A stretch of 64,000 nt of DNA from the NCBI GenBank assembly GCA_029858565.1, contig JAOUEV010000002.1, positions 1 to 64,000 of the forward strand, read 5' to 3'. Shown one piece after another: positions 1 to 9,054 of this stretch. The position numbers were made by a program, and so were the translations under genes. The notes under the pieces were generated by a model that saw only the letters and a program-made list of their open reading frames with translations, did no database searches and was not told the DNA's origin. Position 1 is the stretch's first letter, and the number at the start of each line of letters is the position of its first letter. The DNA is from Nitrospirota bacterium. Lineage in GTDB: Bacteria; Nitrospirota; UBA9217.

Positions 1-367
1 GGCCGCTCAGCATCCTGTTGCTGAGCCTCTCCTTTCCTGTCGCGGCCATGATAAGCGCGGCGAAGAGGGGCGACAGGGAGATGAACAGGGCCGAGTGGGA
101 TGCCGATGAATAGTGCAGGCCGTACATGAACAGGATGTTGTAAAGCGTGATGCCGATGAGGCCGAGGCGGACGAGCGGCAGCCGGTCTCCGCGGCTGATC
201 GGCACGAAGTTGCCGGTCAGGACCGCGACCAGAAGCAGGAAGATCCCGGCGGACAGGAACCGGGCGATCGTGAAGCTCAGCGGCAGGAATTCCGCCAGAC
301 TGTACTTTACGATCGCGAAGTTCATGCCCCATACCAGGGCGACGAAGAGGAGACGGAAATCAAGCAT
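1..367 (-). CDS. EamA/DMT family transporter (5' part; runs off window start)
   Basis: Manual translation from ATG at 367: MLDFRLLFVALVWGMNFAIVKYSLAEFLPLSFTIARF...GLHYSSASHSALFISLSPLFAALI. This is the typical EamA WG.NF...P....RF pattern. Not in the ORF track because it is truncated. Confidence 0.85.
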   Translation of the reverse strand, partial: MLDFRLLFVALVWGMNFAIVKYSLAEFLPLSFTIARFLSAGIFLLLVAVLTGNFVPISRGDRLPLVRLGLIGITLYNILFMYGLHYSSASHSALFISLSPLFAALIMAATGKERLSNRMLSG

Positions 368-477
368 AGTGCGGAGTGCGGAGTGCGAAGTGCGAAATAA
401 GAATTACATCTCCCTCTCCCTTAGGGAGAGGGCTGGGGTGTGGGTACTCCGCATTCCGCACTCCGCACTTCGCACTT
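368..477. repeat. Inverted heptamer arrays (AGTGCGG/AGTGCGA x4; ACTCCGC-type x4-5) enclosing a REP-like palindrome CCCTCTCCC-TTA-GGGAGAGGG
   Basis: Read directly: left arm 368-395, palindrome 412-432, right arm about 446-477. Confidence 0.85.
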
Positions 478-537
478 GCGAAACTACTTTACACGAATTG
501 CCTTGAATACTCAATTGTATTGTGCTATCAATAGGTT

Positions 538-1638
538 ATGCATGGTGTAAAACAGCAGATCAAGGATCTTGCGGCTGATATTCTTGCCGGGATCGTGGAC
601 GGCGTGGTGGTCATCGATGAGAACGGCGGTGTGGTCATATGGAACCGTACAGCCGAGGAGATGACCGGGATCGCGGCGGCGGACGCCATCGGAAAGACCT
701 CGCAGCTGGTCTTTGCGGAGAATCCCGCGGTGGTCGCCCAGATCAGCAAGACCCTTGAATCGGGGCGTTCCTATTCCGACTATGAGGCGGAGCTCTCGGT
801 CAAACATCGTCCTCCGGTACCGGTCGGTCTGGTGACCACGGTACTGCTGAGCAGGACCGGTTCACCGCTCGGCGTATTGCTTACGATCCGGGACCAGACC
901 GGCGTGCGGGACCTGAAGGACCGCATCCGCCGGGCCGACCGTCTCGCAGCCATCGGCCAGATCGCGGCGGGGATCGCCCATGAGATCAAAAACCCCCTTG
1001 TGGGGATCCGCGGGGCCGCCCAGCTGCTGCAGTCGGAGCTCAGGGACGAGGCAAAGGGCGGTCTGTCGGAGTACCTGGATGTCATTGTAAAGGAAGCGGA
1101 CCGTTTGAACCAGGTGCTCGAAGGGATACTGGACTTCACGCGCATGAAACCGCTCGATGTGAAGCCCTTCAATATCCACGCCATGCTGGACCGCGCGCTG
1201 GTGCTGAACGAGGGGACGGCGCGGCAGAACAACATCGTCCTTGCCCGGGAATACGATCCCAGCCTTCCGGAAGTGCTGGGGAGCCGGGATCAGCTGGTGC
1301 AGGTGTTCCTGAACATCATCAAGAATGCCGTGGAGGCCATGCCCGGCGGCGGCAAGCTCACGGTGGTGACCCGCATGTCGGACCTCTTCACGAGCGTCCA
1401 GGCGGACGACAAGAAGCACCGGCTCATGGTGGTCAAGGTCAGCGACACAGGCGCGGGGATCAAGCAGGAGGATCTCCAGAACATCTTCGCTCCCTTTTTC
1501 ACCACCAAGGACCGCGGCGTGGGACTGGGACTGGCACTGTCCTACCAGATCGTGCAGGAGCACCTGGGTACGATACGCGTGGAGAGCGGCGAGGGCGTGG
1601 GCACGACCTTCAGTGTTTACTTGCCGCTGGCGTTCTAA
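538..1638 (+). CDS. ntrB: PAS-domain sensor histidine kinase, NtrB/GlnL-like (cytoplasmic)
   Basis: PAS N-terminus, AHEIKNPL H-box, NAVEAM N-box, DTGAGI and FFTTK..GVGLGL boxes, no TM segment; upstream of an NtrC-like regulator. Confidence 0.75.
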   Translation: MHGVKQQIKDLAADILAGIVDGVVVIDENGGVVIWNRTAEEMTGIAAADAIGKTSQLVFAENPAVVAQISKTLESGRSYSDYEAELSVKHRPPVPVGLVTTVLLSRTGSPLGVLLTIRDQTGVRDLKDRIRRADRLAAIGQIAAGIAHEIKNPLVGIRGAAQLLQSELRDEAKGGLSEYLDVIVKEADRLNQVLEGILDFTRMKPLDVKPFNIHAMLDRALVLNEGTARQNNIVLAREYDPSLPEVLGSRDQLVQVFLNIIKNAVEAMPGGGKLTVVTRMSDLFTSVQADDKKHRLMVVKVSDTGAGIKQEDLQNIFAPFFTTKDRGVGLGLALSYQIVQEHLGTIRVESGEGVGTTFSVYLPLAF

Positions 1639-1672
1639 TGCAGAATGTGGAATGCGGAATACGGAATGGAAA
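1637..1672. repeat. Degenerate heptamer tandem (AATGCGG-type x5)
   Basis: aatgcag aatgtgg aatgcgg aatacgg aatggaa between the kinase stop and the regulator start. Confidence 0.7.
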
Positions 1673-1677
1673 GTATC

Positions 1678-3126
1678 ATGACAAATGAGCGAGTGCTGAT
1701 AGTCGATGACGACGAAAGCGTGCGCTGGGTCCTGAAAAAGGCCCTGGAAAAGGAAGGCATTGACGCGCTCCTTGCCCGGGATGGTCAGGAGGCCTTTGCC
1801 CGGCTGAGCGAGGAGGGCATCGCCCTGGTTCTCATGGACATCCGGATGCCGGGGATGTCCGGGCTCGAGGCGCTCGAACGGATCCGCACCGAGGGCAGGG
1901 ACGTGGCCGTGATCATCATGACCGCCCAGGCCACGATGCAGAACGCCATCGAGGCAATGCGGCGCGGCGCCTATGATTATATCACCAAGCCCTTTGACCT
2001 CGACGAGGTGAACATCCTGGTGAAGAAAGCGCTCGACGTCCGCAGGCTGTCCAAAGAGGTTGACACGCTGCGGGCGGAAGTGCGGGAGAAATATGAGGGC
2101 GGCCTGATCGGGAACACGCCGTCCATGCAGGAGATCTATAAGACCATCGGTAGGGTCGCCGAGAGCGATGCCACGGTCCTGATCCACGGCGAGAGCGGCA
2201 CGGGCAAGGAACTGGTGTCGAGGGCCATCCACTATCACAGCAGGCGCTCGGGACGTCCTTTTGTCGCGGTGAACTCGGCCGCGATCCCCTCGGAGTTGCT
2301 CGAGAGCGAGCTCTTCGGCCACGAGAAAGGTTCGTTCACCGGCGCGGTGGCGAGGAAAATAGGGAAGTTCGAGGCCGCGGCCGGGGGCACGCTGTTCCTT
2401 GACGAGATCGGGGACATGAGCATGCCGCTCCAGGGAAAACTGCTGCGGGTGCTGCAGGAAAAAGAGTTCGAGCGCGTCGGCGGCACCGAGCCCATCCGGA
2501 CCGATGTGCGGGTGATCGCCGCGACGCACCATACCCTTGAAAAGATGGTCCGGGGCAGCCGGTTCCGCGAGGACCTCTTCTACCGCCTGAACGTGATCCA
2601 GATCAATATTCCGCCGCTGCGGAAACGGAAGGATGACATCATCCCGCTTGCGGAACACTTTCTGCGGAAGCACCAGGCAGGCCGCGGCGGCGTCCGCAAG
2701 GCGCTGACGCCGGAGACCCAGAAGGTCCTGCGGGCCTACGACTGGCCGGGCAATGTGCGGGAGCTTGAGAACGCGGTGCAGCGCGCTGTCACGCTTTCCC
2801 AGGGCGACAAGATATTCCCCGACTCCCTGCCGCCCCAGATCTTCAAGCCCGGCCAGGGGGTTTCCATCTCCTTTGAGAACTTCCTTGAAGAAAAGCTTTC
2901 TGACCTTGTGGACCGCCTCGGCGGACTGGACCAGGGGGACATCTACGACATGGTCATCCAGCGGGTCGAAAAACCGCTGATCACACTGGTGCTCAGGAAG
3001 ACCGAGGGCAACCAGGTCCGAGCTGCAAGCCTGCTGGGCATCAACCGGAACACCCTCAGGAAGAAGATCAAGGAGCTGGGGATCAAGGGACCGTTCAATG
3101 GCGAGGAAGAGAACGAAGAAGAGTAG
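1678..3126 (+). CDS. ntrC: Sigma54-dependent response regulator, NtrC/GlnG-like
   Basis: Receiver domain (LIVDDD, DIRMP, KPF), GESGTGKE, ELFGHEKGSFTGA, DEIG, WPGNVRELEN, Fis-type HTH GNQVRAASLLGINRNTLRKK. Start taken at ATG 1678. Confidence 0.8.
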   Translation: MTNERVLIVDDDESVRWVLKKALEKEGIDALLARDGQEAFARLSEEGIALVLMDIRMPGMSGLEALERIRTEGRDVAVIIMTAQATMQNAIEAMRRGAYDYITKPFDLDEVNILVKKALDVRRLSKEVDTLRAEVREKYEGGLIGNTPSMQEIYKTIGRVAESDATVLIHGESGTGKELVSRAIHYHSRRSGRPFVAVNSAAIPSELLESELFGHEKGSFTGAVARKIGKFEAAAGGTLFLDEIGDMSMPLQGKLLRVLQEKEFERVGGTEPIRTDVRVIAATHHTLEKMVRGSRFREDLFYRLNVIQINIPPLRKRKDDIIPLAEHFLRKHQAGRGGVRKALTPETQKVLRAYDWPGNVRELENAVQRAVTLSQGDKIFPDSLPPQIFKPGQGVSISFENFLEEKLSDLVDRLGGLDQGDIYDMVIQRVEKPLITLVLRKTEGNQVRAASLLGINRNTLRKKIKELGIKGPFNGEEENEEE

Positions 3127-3214
3127 GTAAGGATCAGGAAAGCAGGACAAGGGCTAGTGAAGCAAAAGAAGGGCTAGAGCGGTAAGTGATAAGCAGTAAA
3201 AAGAACCATAAAAG

Positions 3215-3254
3215 CAAAACCCGCAGCGGATGGACCGCAGCGGGCTTTTCGTTT
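3215..3254. terminator. Probable bidirectional intrinsic terminator
   Basis: aaaacccgcagcgg-atgga-ccgcagcgggcttttc imperfect hairpin with A/T flanks, between convergent genes. Confidence 0.5.
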
Positions 3255-3273
3255 CATACAGGATTCTCCGGAG

Positions 3274-3897
3274 TCAGTCCAGCCGTTTCACCTTCATGTC
3301 CAGCGGATGTTTCTGCGGGCCCGAGCCGACCTTGACCGGCACGCCCACTGGCACCACGGCCATGAACTCTCCTTCCGGTTCTCCGAGAAACCGGAGCACA
3401 TCATCCTTGATCAGATAGAGGATCCCGAGCCAGACCGTGCCGAGGCCCAGGGAGGTTGCCGCAAGCAGAATGTTCTGCACTGCCGCGGCCGAGCTCTGGA
3501 TCTCCATGGTGCGGAAAAAGTCGTGGGCCATCTCCTTTTCCACCTGGAACAGGTCCGTGCCGTGGCGGATCAGGTCTCCGGTGTTCGCCACCGCTATTAC
3601 CACGGGAGCGGACAGGATGCTTTTGGCGCCCATGCGCAGGAGCGCAGCCGCCGGGCGGGGCAGGTCCGCTGACTTCGCGGTCACCAGCTGGGCAAGTTCG
3701 CTCTTTTTAGCGCCCCGCAGCACAATGAACCGCCAGGCCTGCTGATTATGGGCAGAGGGCGCCAGGTTCGCCGCCTGAAGCAGCGCCTGGACCTGCGCCT
3801 CCGGGACATCGTCCTTGGCAAAGGTCCTGACGCTCCTGCGGGCCCTGATCGTCCGCAGGGTGTCGTTCTGCGTGAATACCGAATCGTCGTGGATCAT
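3274..3897 (-). CDS. Nitroreductase family protein
   Basis: RRSVRTF, APSAHNQQAWRFIV, QNILLAATSLGLGTVW motifs. Confidence 0.9.
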   Translation of the reverse strand: MIHDDSVFTQNDTLRTIRARRSVRTFAKDDVPEAQVQALLQAANLAPSAHNQQAWRFIVLRGAKKSELAQLVTAKSADLPRPAAALLRMGAKSILSAPVVIAVANTGDLIRHGTDLFQVEKEMAHDFFRTMEIQSSAAAVQNILLAATSLGLGTVWLGILYLIKDDVLRFLGEPEGEFMAVVPVGVPVKVGSGPQKHPLDMKVKRLD

Positions 3898-3906
3898 GGA
3901 TATCCT

Positions 3907-4278
3907 CTATTTCTTCGTTGCCAGCGTTCGGAGATAGGAAATGATCCTCCAGATCTCATCGTCCTTCAGATTGCCGCTCCAACCCGGCATGCCGCCCTTG
4001 CGGCCTTTTGAGATGGTCTGGAAAACATCAGCGTCCGTACCGCCGTAGGTCCACTGGTCATCGGTCAGGTTCGGTCCTGCGATGCCCGTGGCGTCGCCTG
4101 CGTGACAATCCGTGCAATTGGCGTCGAAGAGCTTTTCGCCCGCTTTGATCGCCTCGGCATTTCCTGCAAAAGGATTCTTGGTGTTGTCCGCAGCGATCGC
4201 GATGGTAAAGGACAGGGAGATCAGCAACAATCCCGAAAGGAAGCAACAGCGAGGCAGGTCCTTAATTCCGGTTTTCAT
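3907..4278 (-). CDS. Monoheme c-type cytochrome (Cbb3-III-like domain), exported
   Basis: Signal peptide, CTDCH, GPNLTDDQW.YGG, GMPGW with distal Met. Confidence 0.85.
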   Translation of the reverse strand: MKTGIKDLPRCCFLSGLLLISLSFTIAIAADNTKNPFAGNAEAIKAGEKLFDANCTDCHAGDATGIAGPNLTDDQWTYGGTDADVFQTISKGRKGGMPGWSGNLKDDEIWRIISYLRTLATKK

Positions 4279-4400
4279 AATCTCCTCCTTGTGGGTAGGG
4301 TGTGGATAGCTCTTGTGGAAGATTACCTCACTGGCGGGAAAATGTAAATCCTCTTGTTCCAGGCAGGACGACAGCGTGAATGGTGCGGGGACGAGTGTTT

Positions 4401-4922
4401 CTAGCAGGCGCCGGCGGGAGTGCAGACCTTGTCGATCCTGAGCAGGACGACCTCGCCCATCTTTTCCGTGGATATGAGCATGTTAATGTCTCCGGACTTG
4501 CCCGGGCCGTCGTACTTAAGCGTGGCCGGGACCTCGATCTGGCTTTCTCCGGTCTCGAAGGTATGATAGACCGAGCGCCGGATGGCGCAGCCGGAACAGT
4601 GGACCGTACCGCCGCAGCCTTCGGGAAGGCGGGAGTAGGCGCATTCAAAGACCACGCCGCCGAGCTTCTTTATGACATCCTCGGGCTTCTTGTTCAGAAA
4701 GCTGTAGCCGAGAGCGTTCGCCGCTTCCACAGTGGCGTTATTGTCAACGACAAAGATCGGCGCGGGAAGCCGGTCGATAAAGGTCTGGAGCGGCACCCCC
4801 ATCTGGAACACCAAGAGCTCGGAACAGCTCGAACAGAGCGGAAGGCTGATCCGCCGGTCCGTGGACCTGCCGCTTTCGTTGGGGGACATCTCGTTATTGC
4901 ACCAGCTGCAATGGATCGTCAT
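4401..4922 (-). CDS. Cys-rich hypothetical protein (CxxC pairs plus PAS-like domain)
   Basis: CSWC...CSSC, then PAPIFVVDNNATVEAAN (PAS-like) and FEC...GCGGTVHCSGC. Confidence 0.65.
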   Translation of the reverse strand: MTIHCSWCNNEMSPNESGRSTDRRISLPLCSSCSELLVFQMGVPLQTFIDRLPAPIFVVDNNATVEAANALGYSFLNKKPEDVIKKLGGVVFECAYSRLPEGCGGTVHCSGCAIRRSVYHTFETGESQIEVPATLKYDGPGKSGDINMLISTEKMGEVVLLRIDKVCTPAGAC

Positions 4923-4930
4923 GCCGTCCT

Positions 4931-6139
4931 CTAGATCTTTTCCAGCGCCTGCTGGAGGTCCGTGATAAGGTCGTCAACGTCCTCGAGGCCCAGTGCCAGG
5001 CGGACAAGGTTGTCGGACATACCGATCTTCTTCCGGTAATCCTCGGGGTAGTCGAAGAAGGACATCATCCACATCTGGGTCACCAGGCTTTCGCTGCCTC
5101 CCAGGCTGGGGGTGATCAGGAACAGTTCGAGATTGTCGATGAACTTCCGGGTCTTGGCGTCATCGCCCTTGAGCAGGAACGTGACTACGCTGCCGAATCC
5201 CTTCATCTGCGCCTTTGCAATGGCGCGGTCCGGGTGGGAGTCCAGTCCTGGGTACCAGACCTTCTCGATCTTGGGATGCCCTTCGAGCATCTTCGCGACA
5301 GCCATGCCGGCCTCATTGTGGTGCTTCATCCGGAGACCGAAGGTCTTGAGCCCCCGCTCCAGCAGGAACGCGGTGAGCGGTCCGGGGGTGGCGCCGATCA
5401 TGCGCTGCATACGGTAAATATCGTTCACCAGCTTATCCGAGCCAAGGGCGACACCCGCCAGCAGGTCATTGTGGCCGCCGAGATATTTCGTTGCCGAGTG
5501 GATCACCACGTCCACGCCCAGGTCGAGCGGCCGGATGTTGTACGGTGTTGCCAAGGTGGCGTCGATGATGGTCATGACATTGTGCTTTTTCGCTACCTTC
5601 ACCACCGCGGGCAGGTCCAGGCAGCGGAGATACGGGTTCGTGGGCGACTCGGTGAAGATGATGTTCGTGTTCGGCTGGATCGCCTTTTCGATCGCCTCTG
5701 CCGTGGGGTCGGCCATGGAGACCTTGATGCCGAACTCGGCAAGAAGGTTCGCGGCGAAGTCCCGGGTCTGGCGGTAGCAGTCGCTGGTGAAGATGATGTG
5801 GCCGTCCCTGCGCATGAAGGTCATGATCGTCAGGATGACCGCGGCCATGCCGGTGGAGAACAGGACCGCGCGTTCGGCGCCCTCGACCGCGGCAAGCTTG
5901 CGCTCGCACTCGGTCTGGGTGGGATTCCCGTACCGGCCGTACTCGTGCTCGCGGATGACCCTGCCTTCGCTCTTGGCCTTCATGAAGTCGTAGACTTCCT
6001 GGGTATTGTTGAAGTAGTAGTTCGATGTATGGGCGATCGGCGTGGACACGGCGTAATGGGCGTGTTCCACGCGGTCGATGCCGTGGATGCCGAGGGTCGC
6101 GGCCTTCCAGTTCTTGGGGTTCGAGGGCTTCTTGGACAT
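4931..6139 (-). CDS. metB: Cystathionine gamma-synthase, plant-type (PLP trans-sulfuration enzyme)
   Basis: EYGRYGNPT, SDCYRQTR, FTESPTNPYLRC, HSATKYLGGHND, PSLGGSESL. Start at ATG 6139 after a purine-rich RBS. Confidence 0.8.
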   Translation of the reverse strand: MSKKPSNPKNWKAATLGIHGIDRVEHAHYAVSTPIAHTSNYYFNNTQEVYDFMKAKSEGRVIREHEYGRYGNPTQTECERKLAAVEGAERAVLFSTGMAAVILTIMTFMRRDGHIIFTSDCYRQTRDFAANLLAEFGIKVSMADPTAEAIEKAIQPNTNIIFTESPTNPYLRCLDLPAVVKVAKKHNVMTIIDATLATPYNIRPLDLGVDVVIHSATKYLGGHNDLLAGVALGSDKLVNDIYRMQRMIGATPGPLTAFLLERGLKTFGLRMKHHNEAGMAVAKMLEGHPKIEKVWYPGLDSHPDRAIAKAQMKGFGSVVTFLLKGDDAKTRKFIDNLELFLITPSLGGSESLVTQMWMMSFFDYPEDYRKKIGMSDNLVRLALGLEDVDDLITDLQQALEKI

Positions 6140-6231
6140 TCTTCCTTCTCCTTCTTCCAATCCTTCTTGCTGCGGATTGCTCCCTGATATATGGCGAATC
6201 AACGGCTATACGGCAAAGACAACTACGTTTT

Positions 6232-6318
6232 TTGCACGAAGGCACGAAGTCACGAAGGAATTCAATGACCGAACTGAGGATTTTGTTTTTCTTCGTGTGC
6301 TTCGTGGCTTCGTGCGAG
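6232..6318. repeat. Palindromic element with (CACGAAG)x3 terminal arrays, copy 1
   Basis: gcacgaaggcacgaagtcacgaag ... cttcgtgtgcttcgtggcttcgtgcgag; second copy at 51077-51182. Confidence 0.85.
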
Positions 6319-6363
6319 TGAATGGTTTAAGTCTTGTTTTGCTCCTACAGTATGGTCTGTACT

Positions 6364-7710
6364 TTACAGCTGTAACTCTTTCTTCTTCTTGAGCGATTCC
6401 GCGAGCGCCTTCTTGACCGCGTCCACCGTGGCCGGCAGCTCGATGGGCCTGTTCGCGTATTTTCCGGGGAAGTCGAGCTTTCCCTCATGGTACTGGACCT
6501 TGAAGTCCGTGAACTTGAGGCCGTGGGCCGTGGAGATGACCACGACCTTCTCGGTCTTGTCGATCTTGCCGGATTTGATCAGCTTCATCATCGCGGCAAG
6601 CGCAACGCCGGTGTGGGGGCAGTTGAACATGCCGGTCATATCGCCCAGCATGGCCGCGTCGGCCAGCTCCTGTTCCGTGGCGTCCATCACGATGCCGTCG
6701 AACTTTCGGAGGGTGCGGATCGCCTTTTCGATGCTGACCGGGTTGCCGATCTGGATCGCCGAGGCGAGGGTCTTCTGCGCCTGTACGGGCTCGAAACTCT
6801 CGAAGTTCTTCATGTAGGACCGGTAGAGCGGGTTGGCGCGCTCCGCCTGGGCCACGACAATACGCGGGAGTTTCGTGATGATCCCCAGGTCGCGCATCAT
6901 GAGCAGGCCGCTTCCCAATGCTGAAACGTTGCCGAGGTTCCCGCCGGGGATGATGATGACATCGGGCACTTCCCAGTCGAACTGCTGCACGATCTCGATG
7001 CCCACGGTCTTCTGGCCTTCGATCCTGAGCGAGTTCATGGAGTTCGCGAGATAGATGGTCTCGTCCTTGGTGATCTCCTGCACCACTTTCATGCAGCCGT
7101 CGAAATCCGTGTCCAGGGACAGCACCAGCGCGCCGTTGGCAATGGGCTGGACGAGCTGGGCGATGGATATCTTGCCCTTCGGGAGCAGGACGATGGACTG
7201 GATGCCGGCCGCGGCGCAGTAGGTTGCCAGTGCCGCTGATGTATCGCCGGTGGATGCGCAGGCAACAGCCTGGATCGGCGCGCCTTCGCTGATCATCTGC
7301 TTCACCTGGGATACGAGCACGGTCATGCCCAGGTCCTTGAAGGACCCGCTGTGGGAGTTGCCGCAGAGCTTGATCCAGAGACTGTCGAGCCCGATGATCT
7401 TGCCGAGCCGTTCGGCCCAGAAGAGGTTCGTGGCGCCTTCGTAGAGCGAGACGATATTGTCGTTCTCGATGTTCGGCAGGACCCATTCCTTCTTGCCCCA
7501 GATGCCGGAGCCGTAGGGCCATTCCGTGGACTTGTACCGGTCCTCGAACAGCTTCATCCAGGCCTTGGCGCTCCGGTGGGCAAGGGCCTGCATGTCGTGC
7601 CGCACTTCGAGCAGCGAGTTGCAGCCCGTGCACCGGTAGATGACCTTGTTCAGGGGATAGGTCTCGTTGCACTTCTCGTTGATGCACTGGAACCATGCGC
7701 GGTAGGACAT
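6364..7710 (-). CDS. thrC: Threonine synthase, plant-type
   Basis: [57 protein letters not shown]. Start at ATG 7710. Confidence 0.92.
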   Translation of the reverse strand: MSYRAWFQCINEKCNETYPLNKVIYRCTGCNSLLEVRHDMQALAHRSAKAWMKLFEDRYKSTEWPYGSGIWGKKEWVLPNIENDNIVSLYEGATNLFWAERLGKIIGLDSLWIKLCGNSHSGSFKDLGMTVLVSQVKQMISEGAPIQAVACASTGDTSAALATYCAAAGIQSIVLLPKGKISIAQLVQPIANGALVLSLDTDFDGCMKVVQEITKDETIYLANSMNSLRIEGQKTVGIEIVQQFDWEVPDVIIIPGGNLGNVSALGSGLLMMRDLGIITKLPRIVVAQAERANPLYRSYMKNFESFEPVQAQKTLASAIQIGNPVSIEKAIRTLRKFDGIVMDATEQELADAAMLGDMTGMFNCPHTGVALAAMMKLIKSGKIDKTEKVVVISTAHGLKFTDFKVQYHEGKLDFPGKYANRPIELPATVDAVKKALAESLKKKKELQL

Positions 7711-7937
7711 AGGATCGGATCTCCGTAAAGGTTCTCGGTGCATGCCGCGCCGCCTCCCCAGACAGCGCGGAAATGCCCGTAAAATCGTAGACAAGAACAA
7801 TACCACAGTGAACTGCCGGGACGCAATTTAAAAAAAGGGCCGCGGGGCCAATGTGAAGATGCGGGAAATCAGGCGGAATAACGGGATGGTCAGGCAGGGC
7901 TTTTCTTTTTCCCGGGCCTCCGGTATGATATCCCGTG

Positions 7938-9041
7938 ATGAAACAGGGGCAGAAGCCGTCATCGCCGGATATCAAAGCGCTCGCAGAAGCAGTGCAGCGG
8001 CTTTCTCATCTCCTGACAAGGGAACGGGAGCGGCTGCCCGACGCCTACCTCAACGACCATGAGCTTCGTCAGGCGTACCTTCAGTATTTTCTGCCGGTCA
8101 ATCGCGCCAAGATCATTGTGCCGCTTCAGGAACTATCCCTTCACCCCGCGGGGCTCCTGTCGGGCTGCATGCTGCGGGTGCTCGACATCGGCTCCGGCCC
8201 GGGCACGTCGATCCTCGGGATCCTCGACTTCTTTGAAAAGCGGGGAACACCTCCCATTCTTGAATTCACGGCAGTGGATGCGGTACCCGGGAATTTATCA
8301 GAAGCAGAACGATTGTTCAGGGCTGCCGCCGCGGGTTATGGGAGCAAGGCTTCGATCAAAACGATGGTCCGGTCGTTCGGCGAGGGATCGGGCCGCGTGG
8401 AAGGGACCTTTGACCTCATTGTCCTGTCCAATGTCCTGAATGAGCTCTTTCACGACAAGCCGGACCGGAACCAGCGACGTGCCGGGGTCCTGGCGGATCT
8501 GCTCAAGACTTCGCTGGCAGCAACCGGCTCTTGCATCATCATCGAGCCTTCGCTTCGCGAAACATCGCGGGACCTCCTTTCCCTCCGCGATGCTCTGGTC
8601 ATTGCGGGCTTTACCATCTATTCCCCCTGTCTGACGCAGGAACCCTGTCCCGCGCTGGTCAATCCCAGGGATTGGTGCCATGAGGACCGCCCCTGGGAAG
8701 CTCCGCAGCTCATCCGGGAGATCGACAGCCTCATCGGTTTGCGCAAGGATTCTCTGAAGTTCTCCTATCTGGTTGTCCGGCGGGATACCAGGGCAGTTGG
8801 GGGTCCTTTCCCCGAGGGAGCTTTTCGCGTGGTGAGCGAACCGCTGGTTACCAAGGGCAAAAGAGAACTGTTCCTCTGCGGGACGGGAGGCCGTAGGCAG
8901 GTCATGCGACAGGACAAGGATGCGTCGCCCGAGAACGCAGCCTTTACCGAACTGCTTCGCGGAGATGTCGTGCGGTTCAAAGGACTGGTGGATGAAGTAA
9001 AACGCTTGCGGGTGACAAAAGAGACCGTTGTCATCCTATGA
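7938..9041 (+). CDS. Rsm22/METTL17-family SAM-dependent methyltransferase
   Basis: AYLQYFLP, LDIGSGPGT, IIIEP, SPC.....CP......WCH, KFSYLV. Confidence 0.8.
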   Translation: MKQGQKPSSPDIKALAEAVQRLSHLLTRERERLPDAYLNDHELRQAYLQYFLPVNRAKIIVPLQELSLHPAGLLSGCMLRVLDIGSGPGTSILGILDFFEKRGTPPILEFTAVDAVPGNLSEAERLFRAAAAGYGSKASIKTMVRSFGEGSGRVEGTFDLIVLSNVLNELFHDKPDRNQRRAGVLADLLKTSLAATGSCIIIEPSLRETSRDLLSLRDALVIAGFTIYSPCLTQEPCPALVNPRDWCHEDRPWEAPQLIREIDSLIGLRKDSLKFSYLVVRRDTRAVGGPFPEGAFRVVSEPLVTKGKRELFLCGTGGRRQVMRQDKDASPENAAFTELLRGDVVRFKGLVDEVKRLRVTKETVVIL

Positions 9042-9054
9042 AGATATATAATCC

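Noticed and set aside
862-3150. 762-aa minus-strand ORF
   Set aside because: Antisense shadow of the ntrBC-like genes, expected from high-GC codon bias; no recognisable motifs.
6232-6318. Short repeats as a CRISPR array
   Set aside because: Units are 7-9 bp and inverted, with no unique spacers and no cas genes in the window.
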